DNA of 64,000 bases from NCBI RefSeq assembly GCF_009914755.1, contig NC_060933.1, one strand, 5' to 3'. Source of the DNA: the human T2T-CHM13v2.0 reference genome, Homo sapiens. The notes under the pieces are model-generated. The model did no database searches and was not told the DNA's origin. It worked only from the letters and a program-made list of their open reading frames with translations. The translations under genes and the position numbers were made by a program. The number at the start of each line of letters is the position of its first letter. Within the stretch, counting starts at the first letter, position 1. This document shows positions 62,536 through 64,000 of this stretch, piece by piece.

Positions 62536-64000
62536 TGTGAGAGAGTTCTGTAGAATAGATTCAAGAATGGTGTGGAAAGGGGTGGTACCTCCTGATCAAT
62601 TTTCTCCCCTGATGGGGGCAGGTGTGGAGGAAAACTCCTGGGAAATAAAGAAGTCAGGTGTTCTGGTTTAATTTTTCCACAAACATATTAATGCAAGTCT
62701 CTTAGAAAATAAACTAAATAGTTTTTGGTAGCCAAAGAATCATTCTTCATAAAATGTTTCTAGCAGACCATGCGGAGTTGTCTAAAATTGCTTATGAAAA
62801 ATAAGCCAGGAATCAATAAATGTAGGGTGATGATTCCCAAGAAAATGCCACGTTAGCTGTGTTGCTATCTAAGTATAAAAGGAGATGGTTTGTAACTGAG
62901 AATACACCTGAGTAAGTAAAGCAACTGTACATTTTACTTAGAAACCAAATCTAGAAACTTGGACAAGACCACATTCAATGAAGATGAAAGGACCCAGGTC
63001 TCTCCCCACTTAACCCATACATTGATTATTTTATCTTTGAAATTATTCAGAAAGCATGATACTGAGCAAAATCTTCAATCTGAGTCTGATTTGACAATTC
63101 AATGCTTTTTGTGGGTTCAGATTGGCACTGAGAGCAGGATTGTCTTTTAGACCCACACACCAAAATAGTGAATGTTTTCTTTTTCTACCTGGGCTCCTTT
63201 TCAAAAGGAAATAATGGAAAAATATGAGAATTTGTTCTCAGGATAGTTGGCTGTACATTTTTGGTATGAGGTAGTGGAATCTTTGAGGCAGGTTAAGGGA
63301 AATAAGTCTTACCATTGAAATCTGGGGGCCATAGACTACAGTCTGGGAGTACGGGTCTAGGGAGTACATGGACAAAGGGAAATTGGGTGCAAATCCCATT
63401 GACTGACTCCTGCTAGCATACCTGTAAAAGCTAACCTTTTAATAGGTTAGTTTTTAATAGGAGGAGATGATAGTGGGAGAAAAAGCTGCGAGATTACATT
63501 TTATTCACTGGAAAACCTTCTTATCCCTCCCTGGTTTCTTGGAGAAATTTCACGTATCCTTAGAAATGACTCAAAATATTGATTATTGGACAAACTATTT
63601 ATGTAACCGGAGTCCAAGGACAGGTGATGAGTGAAAACTATATTTTATTAAAGAACAGAGTATTCACTAACAGAAGACTGGTGAATTAACATTGGCATGG
63701 ATTCTTCAAATTAATGATGGAGGACATGTTGCAATTCTATTATTATCTGATGCAAAGGACTATTCATGGTCATGGCTAATCATTAAATGGCTGTAAACTT
63801 TTGAGAAAACACTTCCAAATACTGTGACAGCATATCGGCTGCAGTTGTTAAGGTGAGATTTGTCAGTCCTATACTGAGAAGGGTAACTGCTACTACTCCT
63901 CTCCAAATTGCCAATTGGATTCTCCTTTTCACATGATAGGAATGATACAAGTGTAAATGTTGACAGGCTTTATATTTTCCAGAGAGAAAACACCTTAGTT
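62536..64000 (+). mobile_element. Ancient class III (ERVL-like) provirus 5' part: putative LTR (to 63119), PBS and degenerate gag; runs off the window
   Basis: PBS-Ser at 63123; gag-like peptides at 63214-63330, 63389-63435 and 63650-63730; TATAAAA at 62874; LTR start uncertain. Confidence 0.6.
63123..63140 (+). other. Retroviral primer-binding site complementary to the tRNA-Ser(CGA) 3' end
   Basis: TGGCACTGAGAGCAGGAT vs expected TGGCGCTGTGAGCAGGAT (16/18), 3 nt after ...GGGTTCA. Confidence 0.75.

Overview
AT-rich, CpG-poor primate genomic DNA, most likely human given the AluY/AluYd, L1PA3-type and THE1 elements. It is intergenic or deep intronic. I find no credible intact protein-coding gene, tRNA/rRNA gene, CpG island or CRISPR array. 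The long ORFs are L1 ORF2 fragments, Alu read-throughs or pieces of a processed RPL7A pseudogene (~52220-52850). The rest is layered transposon debris (L1PA/L1M, L2, MIR, nine Alus plus a monomer, MaLR/ERVL/ERV1 LTRs, Tigger4a, MER58B, MER45A, MER20) with a few repeat-poor islands. Best observations: (1) a probable L1 3' transduction carrying an ERV1-LTR end and an L2 tail into a Tigger4a element; (2) the 5' end of an ancient class III ERV (LTR end, tRNA-Ser(CGA) primer-binding site, gag remnant) at the right edge; (3) a 5'-complete, 3'-truncated RPL7A retrocopy; (4) an AluYd with its diagnostic 12-bp deletion; (5) an old tandem duplication split by an Alu. The sequence does not support a genuinely new biological system. 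Subfamily names come from recalled consensus sequences and need RepeatMasker/Dfam confirmation.
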